Assembly: GCA_964304625.1 (NCBI GenBank)
Contig: OZ199840.1
Location: 9,865,315-9,929,314, forward strand
DNA: 64,000 nucleotides
DNA from: Kudoa neothunni
Lineage: Eukaryota > Animalia > Cnidaria
Direction: 5' to 3'
In this document: piece after piece, positions 33,153 to 47,099 of the stretch
Position numbering within the stretch: the stretch's first letter is position 1
Layout: the number at the start of each line of letters is the position of its first letter
The notes under the pieces: generated by a model
What the model was told of the DNA's origin: nothing
The model's database searches: none
What the model saw: the letters and a program-made list of their open reading frames with translations, nothing else
Translations under genes and position numbers: made by a program

Positions 33153-33699
33153 GGGGATATGTTTGTTCGTTTGTTTAATGACAACCTATTCACACTGTGC
33201 TGTCAACTAAAAATTGATAATTATTTTTAAGGTTATTTTTGGTGTTAACATTTTTATGGCGTAGATTTACGTTTGCTATATTTCGAATAAAGCTAGAATT
33301 TTTTAAAAGATTAATACTGTTATTTTGGAAGATTTAAACTCTGATCACGCACTAATACCATCTGATACACACAATGTGACTACGATGACTTTGTTGCTGG
33401 CTGCGTGTTTATTTTTGTTCAATTTTTAATAACTCTTAAATTTTTTCATTCCATATTTATTCGAATTTAAAAATTCTAGTATTAATCTATACTTTCTAAT
33501 CTAATATTAACAATTTGGATTGGTTGTTGTTGTGGGTTCAACCCAATCATATCCACGCTAATACCCTCACTGAATAATAAAAAAGGTAACCGCTGAACTG
33601 GTTTTTATTGCAATATCTCGTGGTTATGATGTAATCCATCTGGGGATATCGTCGATTTTAAAGTTAATTTGGTTATTTAGTCACTTGCACCACCGCCGC

Positions 33700-34480
33700 T
33701 GCATAACATTTATTATTTAAATTTAAGTTGTCCCTCCATTTATTAAGTATTAAGGCAGGTAGTAAATTTTGAATATTATAATTTAATTGATCTCTACTAG
33801 TTGTCGTGTACATTGAGTCACAATAATTCTTTGTGAGTATGTGAGATTTTGATGTAACCTCTAATTTTGTTGTTAAAAATCAGTCGTATGTGAGAAAGGA
33901 CGGATAATTAGGTGATAATATCTGTTCCTTTCGTTAGGTATTCTATTTGAGATTATTCTATAAAAATCCTGTATATATTGAATTGGTCGGTCACTCGAGT
34001 TAAAAGTGGTATTTAGAAGAAGTGGGTAACCACTTTTACGTTATCATCACGGAGGTTGGGAGTAACTGTAGAACCCGGTGACAGATAACCCAATGTTTTG
34101 GTGGCTAATCTTAACACTCCGAGACACTGAATCGATCAGTCTACAGTTTCCGTACAAGTGTATCTATATCCCCTAATCGGAGCTGTTGTTTGAATGCAAT
34201 TGCACAGAAGTGTAATTACACCTGCGGTTAAAGTTCTATTTAGCATTGGAGGTTGAATTAGACGTCTAAATCGTCGGGGGTGTACTAACAAGCATAAAAT
34301 CTCTGTAGAGCCTAAGTCCTTATGGATATGGTTTGATGATGCGGTTGCCCTTAAACGGAGAAGTTTAATGGGTTAAAATCCCACGTTAACGCAGAAGAAT
34401 ATGGGGCGAGGGGATAGATGTTACTCGACCTGCGGTGCCTATATTGCGTTAATGAGGATAGTCTAACCAACCATAACTCT
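33700..34480 (-). mobile_element. Possible highly decayed non-LTR retrotransposon (APE endonuclease region)
   Basis: GC-elevated, stop-riddled segment with a TWDFNP (GDFN-like) motif and a downstream IDTLV. Weak support. Confidence 0.25.
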
Positions 34481-34625
34481 ACAACCTAATTATTTTCGTC
34501 AGGGATTTTATCCTGTTAACAAAAAATGGGAGAAATCGTGTAAAACTTGCAATTTAATCTCTTCATGCCTAAGTGTTTGTTTTCGGTTTGAAAATATCAC
34601 GTAAAAATGGTTAGCTATAAGAAGT

Positions 34626-36159
34626 ACATGCAATTTTGATTAAAATCGATTTTGATAGATTTAAACCATCGAATTAGAGGAAAATTGCCGGGTTTCGGTT
34701 TTTTTAATCGAAAAATATCGGTTTTCATCTAAAAGGAATGTTTGAAAATTGTCAGGAAGCGATGTGAATTGATTAATTACTTGGTGGAATGGAACGATAT
34801 CGAAGCCTTGAGGATTTACGGGTCTCTAAATATTGTCAACCACTTAACGAATTTTTAGAGATCAATCTGATAGCCTTACTATGCTTAACTTATCATTAAA
34901 TTTTTTAATTGATGCTCTTACTCTGTTATATGACTTCTCAACATTAATAGAAACAAACGAGAATTTTACATCACGGATTTTTGATCCAATATCATAAAAA
35001 TATCATTAGTTTTTTTCCGTTTGAATCTTGAAACAATTTGATATTTAACTGTGAAAATTTGTGTGGTACGAACAAGGAAGAAATTAATCGAACAATACAC
35101 TAAAATTTTAAGGAAAGTTTTCCTTCTATTAAAATCTTTCAAGCGGTGAAATATTTTGATCCATACACTCCAATTACTATTGATAAATTAAATGTTGATT
35201 ATCTTTTTGCTTTTTAGAAGGCAAAGGGAAGATTGAAGTTAATAACGAGTACTGTATGTTATGTAAAATGAAAAAAGATTCAACTCGACTCTCAAATATT
35301 GACTCCTGAAATAATGAATGAAGTGTAGAGTGCTTGTCACACTCTTTCGAGACTTTGTCAAGATATATTGATGCTATCAGTTCCCTCCATTGATGTTGGA
35401 AGAGGTTTCTCAAGATTGCGAGATATATTTGGAAAAGTAAGGATCAATCTGATAGATGGGTGCCTAACAATGTTCTAAACCAGGGGTTGGGAACTTTTTT
35501 TGAGAGAGAACCAAACAACATATTTTATAACTAAGAATAGAAGTAACTGTGTGCGTTTTATATAATATCAACATTTTAATGTAAAAAAAGTAGTTAAATT
35601 CGTTTTAATAGCAGTTTTATATTATTTCCAATCAATGAAGAATATTTCTCATCACCAATGCGACTTTGGGTTCTGCATGATTTTGCAAATGGTTTTGTGG
35701 TCTGGTCGATACGTTGTTAAATTAGGCTTCATCCCAGCGTTGAAAATTCAATCCATTAAACGTGACCGTAGTTTGGTCTTAAATCCCTTTAAATGTAGAA
35801 GGGCTGTTCACATACATATGGAGAAACTAACATTATCATTACAACAATAATTACACGCTGCAGTGTATGATACAGTAAGTACCCAACTTTCCGTAGTAAT
35901 CGATTCGCTTATGCACAAAAGATTTAGCGAAACAGTTTTTTAAATTGCAAATTTGTCTGCGAGCCATATATTACCGACCCCTGCTCTAAATACTCGATTT
36001 AATGGTCCATTATAACTAAAATTGAAATTCTACAACCTATTTTTTTATAAATAATTTTTTTTTAAATAAAAGTCGATAAAACCAGAATTTTAATCATTTA
36101 TCTAAATAAAAATAAAAGTCTAATTAAAAGTAAATAAACGTCAAAAATTACCAACCCTA
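34626..36159 (+). mobile_element. Second, internally deleted copy of the hAT family seen at 18342-19982, in opposite orientation
   Basis: LSRLCQDILMLSVPSIDVGRGFSRLRDIFGKVRINL is homologous to the dimerisation domain of the first copy. The 3' end AAACGTCAAAAATTACCAACCCTA matches the reverse complement of 18342-18365. Confidence 0.8.
35481..35983. mobile_element. hAT (Charlie/Buster-like) MITE nested in the hAT relic
   Basis: Ends CAGGGGTTGGGAA / TTACCGACCCCTG. Flanks TTCTAAAC and CTCTAAAT form a 6/8 matching 8-bp TSD. It splits the host transposase C-terminus. Confidence 0.8.
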
Positions 36160-36831
36160 GTTACAGCTTATAGCCTATAATGATTAAAAAAGCTAAAATG
36201 CCCAAAAATTATTATCATTTAATTGGACTGGACGGAAACAAGAAAATTATACAAAAATCCTATTCTTAGTTATTATAACCATCTACATATTTCTCGACGT
36301 TTTTAAAATTTATTCCGTATCTAGTATTGTAAACAATGGCTTTATAATCAACATGTTGACATTGATCAATCTGGCGCAAGCGCACCGGATTTTATTGGAA
36401 CATTTCATCTTATACACAATTCTAAATTATAAAATATTTATACCTGAAGTTTTTAAACAGAGATACATTAGATTGAGTTTTAGTATATATATTATTTCCA
36501 CGGTAGAAGATATATTGTATATTACAAATAATGAAAATAATGGTTTATTAGATAATCCACAACAATAATCCTGAAATAACTTTTTTGATTTAATTTTTAA
36601 ACTTTCAAATATTTATGAATATATTATAAATTATGACAAATTATATTAAAACAAATGTTTAAAATGGCACTGTATTTTTGTTTGTTACCATATATTTTAG
36701 AGTTACAACTCAGTTGAACTGTTTTTTCAATGTATTTTAAATAAATAATTTCAAAATAAGAGCTCAAGTGAGGTACATTTTTTTCTCTTGCTCATTTAAA
36801 ATTTAAATTAATATTGTGCATAAAAATGTTA

Positions 36832-37686
36832 CAGTAGGTTACCGATAATACGCATGACGGATAGTACAAAATTTTCTTTTTTTCAAAATATTTTGCGTAC
36901 TCATTTTAACATAAGTTATATACTAATTTTATGATTATATTTAAGTTCAAAACATTTAAAAATTAAAATAAGAAATCGCGGACGTTTCACATTCATTTGT
37001 CACGTGACTTACAGATTAGTACACAATACTTTTGTGGTTGATTTTAGATTTTCTAATATCATACTATTAAAAATGAGTAATAATTCTAAGTCAAAATACA
37101 GAATTGTCAAGGAAAAATATAATTAAATATTACTCCAGTATTTCCTATAATGATGCCAAGGCTGCTACAATCAAACAATTTAAAATTTCCTCAATGTCTA
37201 CATTAAATGGTAACCTTAATATTAGTTTTTCTGATATTTATCATATCTGTTAAATTAACCATACTGACAACGTTACAATCGACTCCGAAACTCAGATAAT
37301 GGTAGCGTCTGACAACAGATCAGCCATTTTTAAGATAGCATTGTGGAGTATGTAAAATAATTGAAATTATTTTTTGAATATCAAGAAAGGAAACAATCAA
37401 TAAGTTTAGCTTCCTTAGAGGAAGACATTTATGATATTATTTCGAAGAGTTTAATTCAAAAAAGAATAACCGATTATTTTTCATTTCAATAACATAATAT
37501 AATATAATTTCAATTTTTATTGTTGCTTTAAATTAAATTTAACGATTTTCTGATGAAAAGAAGTTAAAATATAATGTAAACTAAATGATCAAGCGCATGA
37601 AATTCATTGCGTAGTATCAATCCTCACCGATAGCGTGCAATTTTTTTACGGTCCCGAGGGGATTACATACTACCGGTTATCTATTG
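36832..37686 (+). mobile_element. Internally deleted pogo/Tigger element
   Basis: TA-flanked TIRs CAGTAGGTTACCGATAATACGCA / rc CAATAGATAACCGGTAGTATGTA. Remnants of a CENP-B-type HTH (IKQFKISSMSTLNG) and a C-terminal QKRITDYF PIP-like motif. Confidence 0.72.
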
Positions 37687-39068
37687 TAATATATTAATCT
37701 TTATTAGGATTTTTAAATAAATTATATCATTCAATAATTATTAAATTAAAATTTTTGTTCAAGGTAAAATACATAGAGGAACCTATTTAATATATCTTCC
37801 CCATTATTTTTTTTCTTCCAGCATTGTTTATATTAAAATAATATAAAATTTTTAATTTATTTTTTTAAATAATTAAGAATCATTTTCAATCCATACACTA
37901 AGATGGATAATTGTCATTTATTTACTTCAGAAGATTCGTACATTGGTTATGCGCACAACAAAATCAAAAATGAAACTGTCTGCATTTATATTCAATATCA
38001 TAAATTAATATGAACATATCAAATAGATCAATTTCAGTCATGTTCCAATTATATTTTTATAAAAATTATTGGAAAATTAATTTCTATCAATTTTTACATG
38101 GATCTCTTAAATCTTTTAGACCGTGGCATTGATTCAATTGAAGAATGACTAGATCAGTGTATCCAAAACTTTTATTTTAGCATTGATTCGTATTTTCCCC
38201 AAAATATCAAATGTTCCACATATATATATTTATAAGGTTTTATCGAATTAAACGTCAAAAATTAAAAATTTTTAATTATATTTATATCCAGTATAATTTA
38301 TGATGATCTTTTCATAATTGTAATTGTACGCATTAAATATAATTATCTTTAATTTATTAATTGAAAAATCCTATTTACAAATAATTTTGCCGTGGATTTT
38401 CAAATTTTAATATCGTCATTTAAACTTTAAGGTTAAACCATGGAGCTTGTCCTGTATCGACTTATCATTCATGTTTTGAGTTATTTTCATAGATTTCTCA
38501 CATTTTAATTAATAATTCAAATACGAGCTTTATATTTTTAGGAATTTAATTTATTGGACCCAATGGTATCATTAATAAAAAGTTACAAATTATTATTATT
38601 TGTTAATCTTTTCCTCCATATTCAGTGTAACGAACGCACGATATTTTTTTATTGATAATTTCTTTCTATACATAGAAAATATGAAAAACATTGTGGTGTG
38701 GTTCTTGTAAATTTAATAAATTTAAATGTAACATTTATAGTAAATTATTTTGAATAAAGCTCACCATTACCTAATATCAATATTCTTCAATACTTCTAGT
38801 ATAAAAACGTAATTTATTCAAATAACGAGTTGTTTTGCTTTAGTTATACAAATAATTATTTAAATCTTCAATATATTGATTTATATAGGTATAATAGAAA
38901 TATTATTATTGTTAATATTTAACTCATATAATAAATGAAGAATATGTATCAAGTAATATTTTCAGAACAAAGTCTTTTCAATTATGGAATATTAATTAAT
39001 TTTTCGGACGAATAATCTTATTAGATATGAATGGCTATTGACCATTAAAGTTGAATAAGTTTAATATA

Positions 39069-42000
39069 ATGAAGATTTTTATGAAACAACAAACAAATCA
39101 GCTTTATTATTATTTTTATTGTTTACTTTAACGAAGTTCTATTATCAGACAAATGAGACAGCGGTATACTGGTATATTTTGTCTCTTTGTTTTCACAGGT
39201 AAACTCTCTAAAAAATTATTATTGTGAATTTCAGTTAGTCTACCTGTCGCATTATGATTTCGAAAATGATATTGATAATAATATAATGAAATTAAATTTT
39301 TCAAACCATGATAACAACTATCATATTTTTCTCTCTGGGTACAACATCGAAAATAGTCACAGAAAATGTGCCCTCCAATATTACGATAACGTCGAAAACA
39401 AACTTAAGAAAATTCCTTCACATAACACACATATATGCGGCACAACCGAAGATGAAGCAGCTACATCGTGTGTTTATAACTGTTCGAAAGTTACTTTGAA
39501 GTTCAGTTCGGAAGAATTTAAAAAAGTTAAATATTTAAAGTGGTGTCAGGGAAAAAATGACAAGGACGTTAAGAAATGTGACGTTAAAAAATCTTTTTCA
39601 GTCAAAGGTATTTTAGAAATTTTTATATAAATTAATATTTCAATAGATATTTATTTAAAGAGTTATTTGAAAACAACTAAAGAAATTGATGAATTTATTG
39701 TTACAGTTAAAAGTAAAAAAAATGATGGGTTAACTTCAAAAATCAACGGACTACAAGAAAAAGAAGTTACTGAATCTAATAAGTTTTATGATGAAAATTG
39801 TATAAAAATGAAAGCAAAATCACATAGTTCAAAATACATAATCGAATTCACAAATAATTCACCCCGAAATTCAGTTAAATCCACTTAAGCCAGTTGAAGA
39901 TTGGTTTATTGCAACTGGATCGAAGCATAATGCTAATGGTCAATATTATTATTCTATAACTCTTGAAAATCCATTACCTTCAAAAATATGTTACTTTGGA
40001 ATAAAACATATCGATGACTCTCTGTTTTCATCTTCCTGCTCCGAAATGAATAAAGCTGGACCATGCTTCCAGCCATGCCATAGAGCAACATTAAAATATT
40101 GGAAAGCGTTAAATTTTGCACAAGTAATGGTCAAGTCTTATGACAACCCAACATCAAAAGAATTTATTCAAACTGTTACATGTAATTTTTTTATAGAAAT
40201 AAATTTTCTAATATATAATTAGTTAGAGATGGTCAACCCAAAGCAACGGTTACGGATAATGTAGCCAATATTTCCTTAAGTAACTTAGATAGGAATGAAG
40301 ATTCCACCAATAGTCAATCTGGTTCGTCAATTACGGAGATTAAAATAATAAAGAAATTTCTTGGAATTGATTCTACTTGGAATGAACATACATGTAATGA
40401 GGAATGTTCTAGCTTTGGCAGCATAACTATTAACGCATTGGACAAGTTAACAGCATACGTTCTCAGAGTTAAAATATCAGGATTACAAACAGTAGATTCT
40501 TCTGAAGTTAATTATTATCATAGATATTTTTATTTCAAAACAATAGGTATCTATAATTGATAAATAAAAATTTTATATTAATGGATAGGAGAGGAATTTC
40601 CAGGATCCAAGACTTTTACCGTAACCGCTGATTCAAATATGAATACAAAATTAATTGTTACTCCATCAAGTCTTTTAACAGATGAAATTAATAAAAATGC
40701 TAAATGCCAATTATATCACTCAAAGGTAGGAACTGAATCCTTGAAATTACCTGCCACATGTGAAAAAGGCAACGACAAACAATTTTGTTCAGGGATGTGC
40801 ATTAGCACTTTCACTGTTGTGAACCTTGACCCAAAAACAAGCTATAAATTTACTGTTTGTTCTGAAAGATACACATGCTTTGACAATGACGTTATTGCAG
40901 GAAGTAAGGTTTATAATTTTGATAAATAACGAATATTTTTAATAGCAAATGGTGTAACGCATACACTTACAGCTAGTAATGATAGCACAGCCAAAAAAAC
41001 AAAAGTTACTATAAATCCTCAAAGTGGAACTAGTGAAGATACTTGGGTATATTTACTTATAGAAAAATTATCGAAAAAAACAATTATTGATTGTTTAAAT
41101 TCCGTGTGCAATCCTACGGTATCATCTAACATTCTAAGTTTTGAATGGGCTGATCTTAATCCTGATCATGTGTACAGCATAGTTATGTTTAATAAAGATT
41201 ACACTATACCGGAGCTAACTGAAATACAAAGTATGTATTTATTATAAAAAAGCTTGATGTTATATAGGAGGGGAGCGAGGAAAGCACCGATCCAATGATT
41301 CTACGATACGATGCATCTGTTCAAAAATATAAAGTAAAATTTAATGGAGATCCAATTAAGGGTGGGTTGTAAACAATGTATTGTCAAAAAAATCAAATTC
41401 ACACTTAACTGGATATGAAGATGCTGGTGAAAATAAAGAAATTAATAAAAAGTGCAGCGAGCTTACGGGGGAAGAAGTTATTAATATTGATATTTCTAAA
41501 AAGCTCAATTATATTTCTGTCACTTATGAACATATTGATGAAGTCGAGAAAGCCACCTTAAAATCGGGAATCAAGATACCCATAGGTTTTAAAATCAATT
41601 TTGTTTGAAGGCGTTATAAGTCCCCCCAGTATTTTCTAAAGGAGGCAGAATCGAAAAAAGTACAATCGACGGGGAGAAAGAACCAACAAGAGATGATAAA
41701 GGTGCTGCAGAAGAACACGGGAAACAACAAAAAGATGCTACGGAAAAGGTAGTAATAACGGAGTTGCCAACACCAGGAAAACCTAAGAGGGGCACGCCCA
41801 TAAAAATAACTGAACCAGCTAAATATGTCAAAGGATTCGTTTATTCAATTTATATAGGTAAGATATAATTGGTATATCGTTTTATTTGTTATATAAGATA
41901 ACTACGAGGAGATAACATACACTGCAATACTTGATGAAGGAAAAATAAAATTGGGACTGAATAAATGTCCCTTAAACTGTATCGCTTATAAAGATAATGT

Positions 42001-45000
42001 CGAAGATAATTCTGGAACCGAATTAAGTTCACCTTCCCACAGTCCCTGTAAATTTAAAAATTTTTCAATACTATTCACAGACTATATCGAGGATTATTCT
42101 ATACGCTGCCCTAATTATTTTGATTTTCATTACTATTACGATAATAGTTTCGTAAAAACTAACGCTCCGATATTTAACCGTTTTTACTATGAATTGGTTG
42201 TTGAGGAAGACAAAAAACAGTTAGAAATAAAGTTAGTTAACAAGGAACCATCTGAAATATGCACGTTTGAATGGATAGACGCAACAGCCTCATCATCTCT
42301 CCGATATTTTTCAAGTGAATGCCAAAACAAAGGAAATTGTTATTATGGCTTGTGCAATAATATGCTCTTTGAAAAAGTTTCAGATAAAATAAAGGTAGTC
42401 AAAATACGTGTCCTCAAACTAGGAATTTCTCCTGTTATTGGCTATCAAAACAACGTCTATTTACGTAATTATTTTATTGTTTAGTTACATTATATTAAAT
42501 TTAGTAAAACATGGAAACGACATGACTGTCAAGACCTCCAATAATAATGTGAAAATTGATATTGGGAAAAATAATAAGAAAGAAGATGGTCAACAAGTTG
42601 CTGATTCCCCTCCCCCCAAGTGTACGTTAAAGAAATGGAACACGTATGCACCTTTGGTTAGTGAAGAGGATAGGAAAAGTATCTCCAGTCCAGATTGTAT
42701 TTTTGGAGAATTAGAAATATCACCAGTTAAAACTACTTTACCAAACGATATTATGGTAACAGTAACAAATATTCCTAACTATACACCAAAGAAATATTTT
42801 TACCATAAAATTAGTATGATTTTGATTATATCATAATAACTAATTATTTTTTCTTGAGCTCAAGGAAAGGATCTAAATACAGCTGCCGAATCTGTTATTA
42901 CTAATGCAAACGGATTCACGTTCACCTCCTCATTCGACAGCTATAACCACCACATGCACTATATATATCAAAGAAAGTAGAGCTTCGGATTATTATCCTG
43001 CTACATGTACACAAAACACATTATGTGTTGATACATGTAGCAAATCATTTACCATTGAAGGACTCTATTCTGGCACCAGTTACAATATAAAGATTGTACC
43101 TAGTGGAGATTATAACGTTAAAATCATCGAAAATAAACCGACATGTGCTTATATCCATTTTTCTTAATGATTAAATCACCTTTAGCTGGTAATGACGTTG
43201 AATTTGAGGTCTCCAGTGATTCCACTAAAAATAATCTTAAAGTGACATTTAAAGGAAATATTGGTGATTTTAGTACCACGGACTGTTACTACCAACTATA
43301 TAAACATGAATCAGATACTAGTAATTATTATATTTTGATTAAGGATTGAAATAGTTTAGCTTCGCCAACAACAATATCGCAGTCATGTATTGGATGCGAA
43401 TCGGAAAATGAACTTAAATGTAGTGATATACATTTTGGTTCTTCTGCTTATAATCATAAGTACAATTATCGATTATGGATATATGCAAAAGAAACATCAG
43501 CCCCATTTAAGCTTGTGATACCAGGTTAGTTGACAATGAATTCCATTTTGTATATTTGTGTAGCATTTTTAAGGATGGGAAAGCTTAAACAAAAATTTAT
43601 GGCAGCTACTGAGAGCGATATGGAAACATTTTCTATAACATTAGAAGAGTTTACAAATAATTACCAATGTGTCATTAAAATTTCTAATTTTGACCCCAAT
43701 CCTACATTTGATAAACCGACATGTTCTTCACACACAGACGAAAGTTACTGTTTAATACGTTGTGACACAAGTGACTTTGTTGTTGGGCATGTAAATTCCA
43801 AAGTTGATCGTTACATTTCGATTTGTTATGGTTCAGATAATAATAAGGCACAAAGTTGTAGATCACCTTCAGTTTATGCCATAGAAATGGGTATTTAAAT
43901 TATGTTAATATTTTATTACTTAATATTGTGTTATTAATTAAATACTATTTTAAGATTACTTGCAGCAAAATACATACAAAATAGCACACGAAAATGGAAA
44001 GATGAAACTTTCGTATAAAACAACTTCCGAAACAGATTGGAGTGTTACAGTAGATGGCAAAGAAGATACTTTTAGTAGCACAGACAGAGACAAGTTGAAA
44101 CAATCAAAATATTCTGATACACCACAGGAAAAATCGGGAGTTTTTGTGATTAATAGATTTATGAGTTATTATAAATTTAATTCTACGTTTTTATGGCCGG
44201 GATTGATTTATTATACAAACAGCACGTTTTTGAATACAACAATTCCAGTGAAATCCAAAATTATTTATTCTATTTCTGATGTTGCAGGGGATAACAAGAA
44301 AATTAATATAACATACTCTCACGGTCCCTATAATTATGAAATGTGTCATATAAAAGTTTTTGAAGTCGGTACCGAAAGCACAGGCAATGAAAAGGTTTTG
44401 AATGAATGTGGAATTGAGTTGGGCGGTTGCTATCAACTCTGCCAAGATGGAGTGATTAGTTTGACACAGCAATATACTAAAATTGGAGTCATTGTTAAAC
44501 GACGATTTGATAATGATGGATTTAAAGAATATTTTAGAAGTAAATTATAATTATTTTTAATAGTTTATTCGGTTTAGAGGGTGACAATGGTTTTTCATTG
44601 GAAGGCATTTCTACCACGAGTGTGACTCTCAAGGGATTGAACACCTATATAACTCTAAAAGAAGGAAGTTCAAATCCTACCTGTATTATTTATGTTAGGA
44701 TGGAAAATAAAATTTCAGCTGAAAAGCTGGCTCATTGTAACACTAAGGCATGCAATACTGACTGTGATGAATCATACTCCATTACGGATTTGGATGCCGG
44801 GACAAGTTACATACTTTCAGTTGTAATTTCAAATTTGGGATTTAATGATTATGTAAGGAAAGTGAAATTTAGAACATGTAAATATAAATAAAATTATAAT
44901 TTATTTTAATATGATTTAGTGGGTGTAACAGAGTTAAGTAAATTTGAAACAGAAATTAAAATCGAGTCAGGCATGGCTATATTAACACCATTCGTTGCTG

Positions 45001-46104
45001 ACAATTCCTTACCAGTTTGTAAAATTTACATAAAGAAAAATGGACCAACAGATCCAAAATATATGGCTACATGCGATAGAATAGGAATTTGTGAAAATAG
45101 TTGCAACAGTGAATTCAAAATAACTAATCTTGAGCTGGGAAAAACTTACGAAGTAATCATAGAACCGACAGACGGTAAAAAGCAAACAACCCATACAATC
45201 ACAAGAGGTATTTCTTGATAGTTTTTTATTTAACTAAATTTTTATAGCTAATGTTGAAACCACCATTTCGTACAGTTTTAAAGATGGAAGTGACTTAAAG
45301 ATTATTGTTAATTTTGAAGAAGATAAAGCTAGCTCTAAATGCCCTTTTATGCTTCATGAGAAAACAGAAATGATGGAAAAACAACCAATAATTGCTTGGT
45401 GTAATGATGATGAGGAATGTTCTGCCAATAAGTGTGTTATCGATGTCAATAGTTTATCAAAAGAGAATAATTACATCTTGAATGTAAAAGTGAAAGATAT
45501 TTCACTCTACAAAAAGCATGAAATTCCTTGTAATTTTTGATATTGCTATATTATAAAATAATAATATTTTAATGATGCTACTGATAGATGCAAGAATTAT
45601 AAAAGCCTTAAGGTGATTAAAATAAATATTGGTGTATTTTTAAAAATTTTGTTCTAGTAAATTCATATAATATATAAATTTTATCAAAGTGATAATAGAA
45701 GAGGAAAATATAAAGAGTGAATACTCCGATATTAATATAGACGATATAGTTCAAAAAGTGATAAGGAAGATTGAAAAAGGGTACCTAAATTTATTTAATT
45801 ATTTTTAATAATATTTGATTAGTATTTATTATTCTAATGAAAATATTGGAGTTAAAAAATAATTAGATAGCAAAGAAAAGCATGAGCATGCAGTAGCAGA
45901 AAGCCGGAATTCGTAAATTCATTATTATCTACAAATCTTAACTCTTTATAGATCACTAAATAGCTATATGTAAATATTGCCTGCAATGATTTAATAATAT
46001 TTTTTAGTTTATATGCCTTGTTACCAATTGTGGTAGCACTATTTGTTGTGATAGGTATTGGCGTTAGAAAGAAAATATCCAAAAATACAACTTATGATTT
46101 ATAA
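39069..46104 (+). CDS. Giant orphan type I surface protein (roughly 1,900-2,000 aa) made of Cys-containing FN3-like modules; more than 20 exons, several +1 frameshifts, start codon uncertain
   Basis: Signal-like KSALLLFLLFTLTKFYY. Repeated modules end in FN3-type signatures (FTVVNLDPKTSYKFTV, FTIEGLYSGTSYNIKI, YSITDLDAGTSYILSV, FKITNLELGKTYEVII). Introns between modules are mostly phase 1. TM LYALLPIVVALFVVIGIGV, then the tail RKKISKNTTYDL*. Confidence 0.8.
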
Positions 46105-46752
46105 CAAATATATTAGGGATTATTTCATTATCTTCAGAATAATCTTTTATATTTTATTATTCATAGGATGTATTTAATATAAAAAATCTCCTATCTAAAT
46201 AGATAAAACTTAACAATAAAAAATTAAAAATATTAATTATGTTTTACGAATAAAATTAATCATAAAGTCGAGATTTGATATTGCGTAATTTTTCCCCGAT
46301 CCCAAAAAATTACGCAATCAAAAGGTTTTCTGCGATACCAAGTTAGGAACACAGGTCAAATATTTTAAAATTAAATTCAAAGATAATTATCTTAACGATA
46401 AAAATCTTAAATTACATAATATTCAATCTAGAATGTGGTTGTAATATGTTTTATTATTTTTATAAATTAGCGCAAAATCTCCATTTTAGCCCGGCAGTAG
46501 AAATATTATGTAATGAAACATTCCTTAAAATAATATAAAAATACACTGATACTTTCATTTACACATAGAAAGAATTAAGTTAAAAATTTCTAAAAGTATT
46601 ATACTAATAACTATTGTGATTTATGACACGAAAATCAAGATCAGTTTGTGGAGATCATAAAAATAATAAAAACTTTGTAGTTAGAAGATAACTTAATTAA
46701 AATACTTTATTAGCATAGATTAATATGACTTTATCCGATGAAAACTATATTA

Positions 46753-47099
46753 CAGTCCAAGTTCGATTATCCGGAAAATTTGGGACCGGCGATTTCCTTT
46801 ACGGACGGCGAGGCTCCGGTTAATCGAACATAAACAACGTCAAATGCCCGCATATTTTTTGAATTATCCACTTAAAGAATATTTTATTTTACTTCATCAC
46901 TCTGAATTAAAAATATTGGCATATCTATTAACTAACAATATAGAGACTTAAACAAAAAAACAGTACATAATTAGGGAAGAAAAACACGTCTACAGATTAG
47001 TCAGCTATTTTTTTAAATAATCAAACATTCATCCACACGTGAATTCAATAAAATCCCAAGAAAATTTAAAATATCTTCCGTATAATCGAGGTTCGACTG
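46753..47099. mobile_element. pogo/Tigger-type MITE
   Basis: TA target duplication; TIRs CAGTCCAAGTTCGATTATCCGGA / rc CAGTCGAACCTCGATTATACGGA. Confidence 0.85.

Noticed and set aside
33525-33550. GGTTCAA B-box-like sequence suggesting a tRNA
   Set aside because: No cloverleaf or A box could be built.
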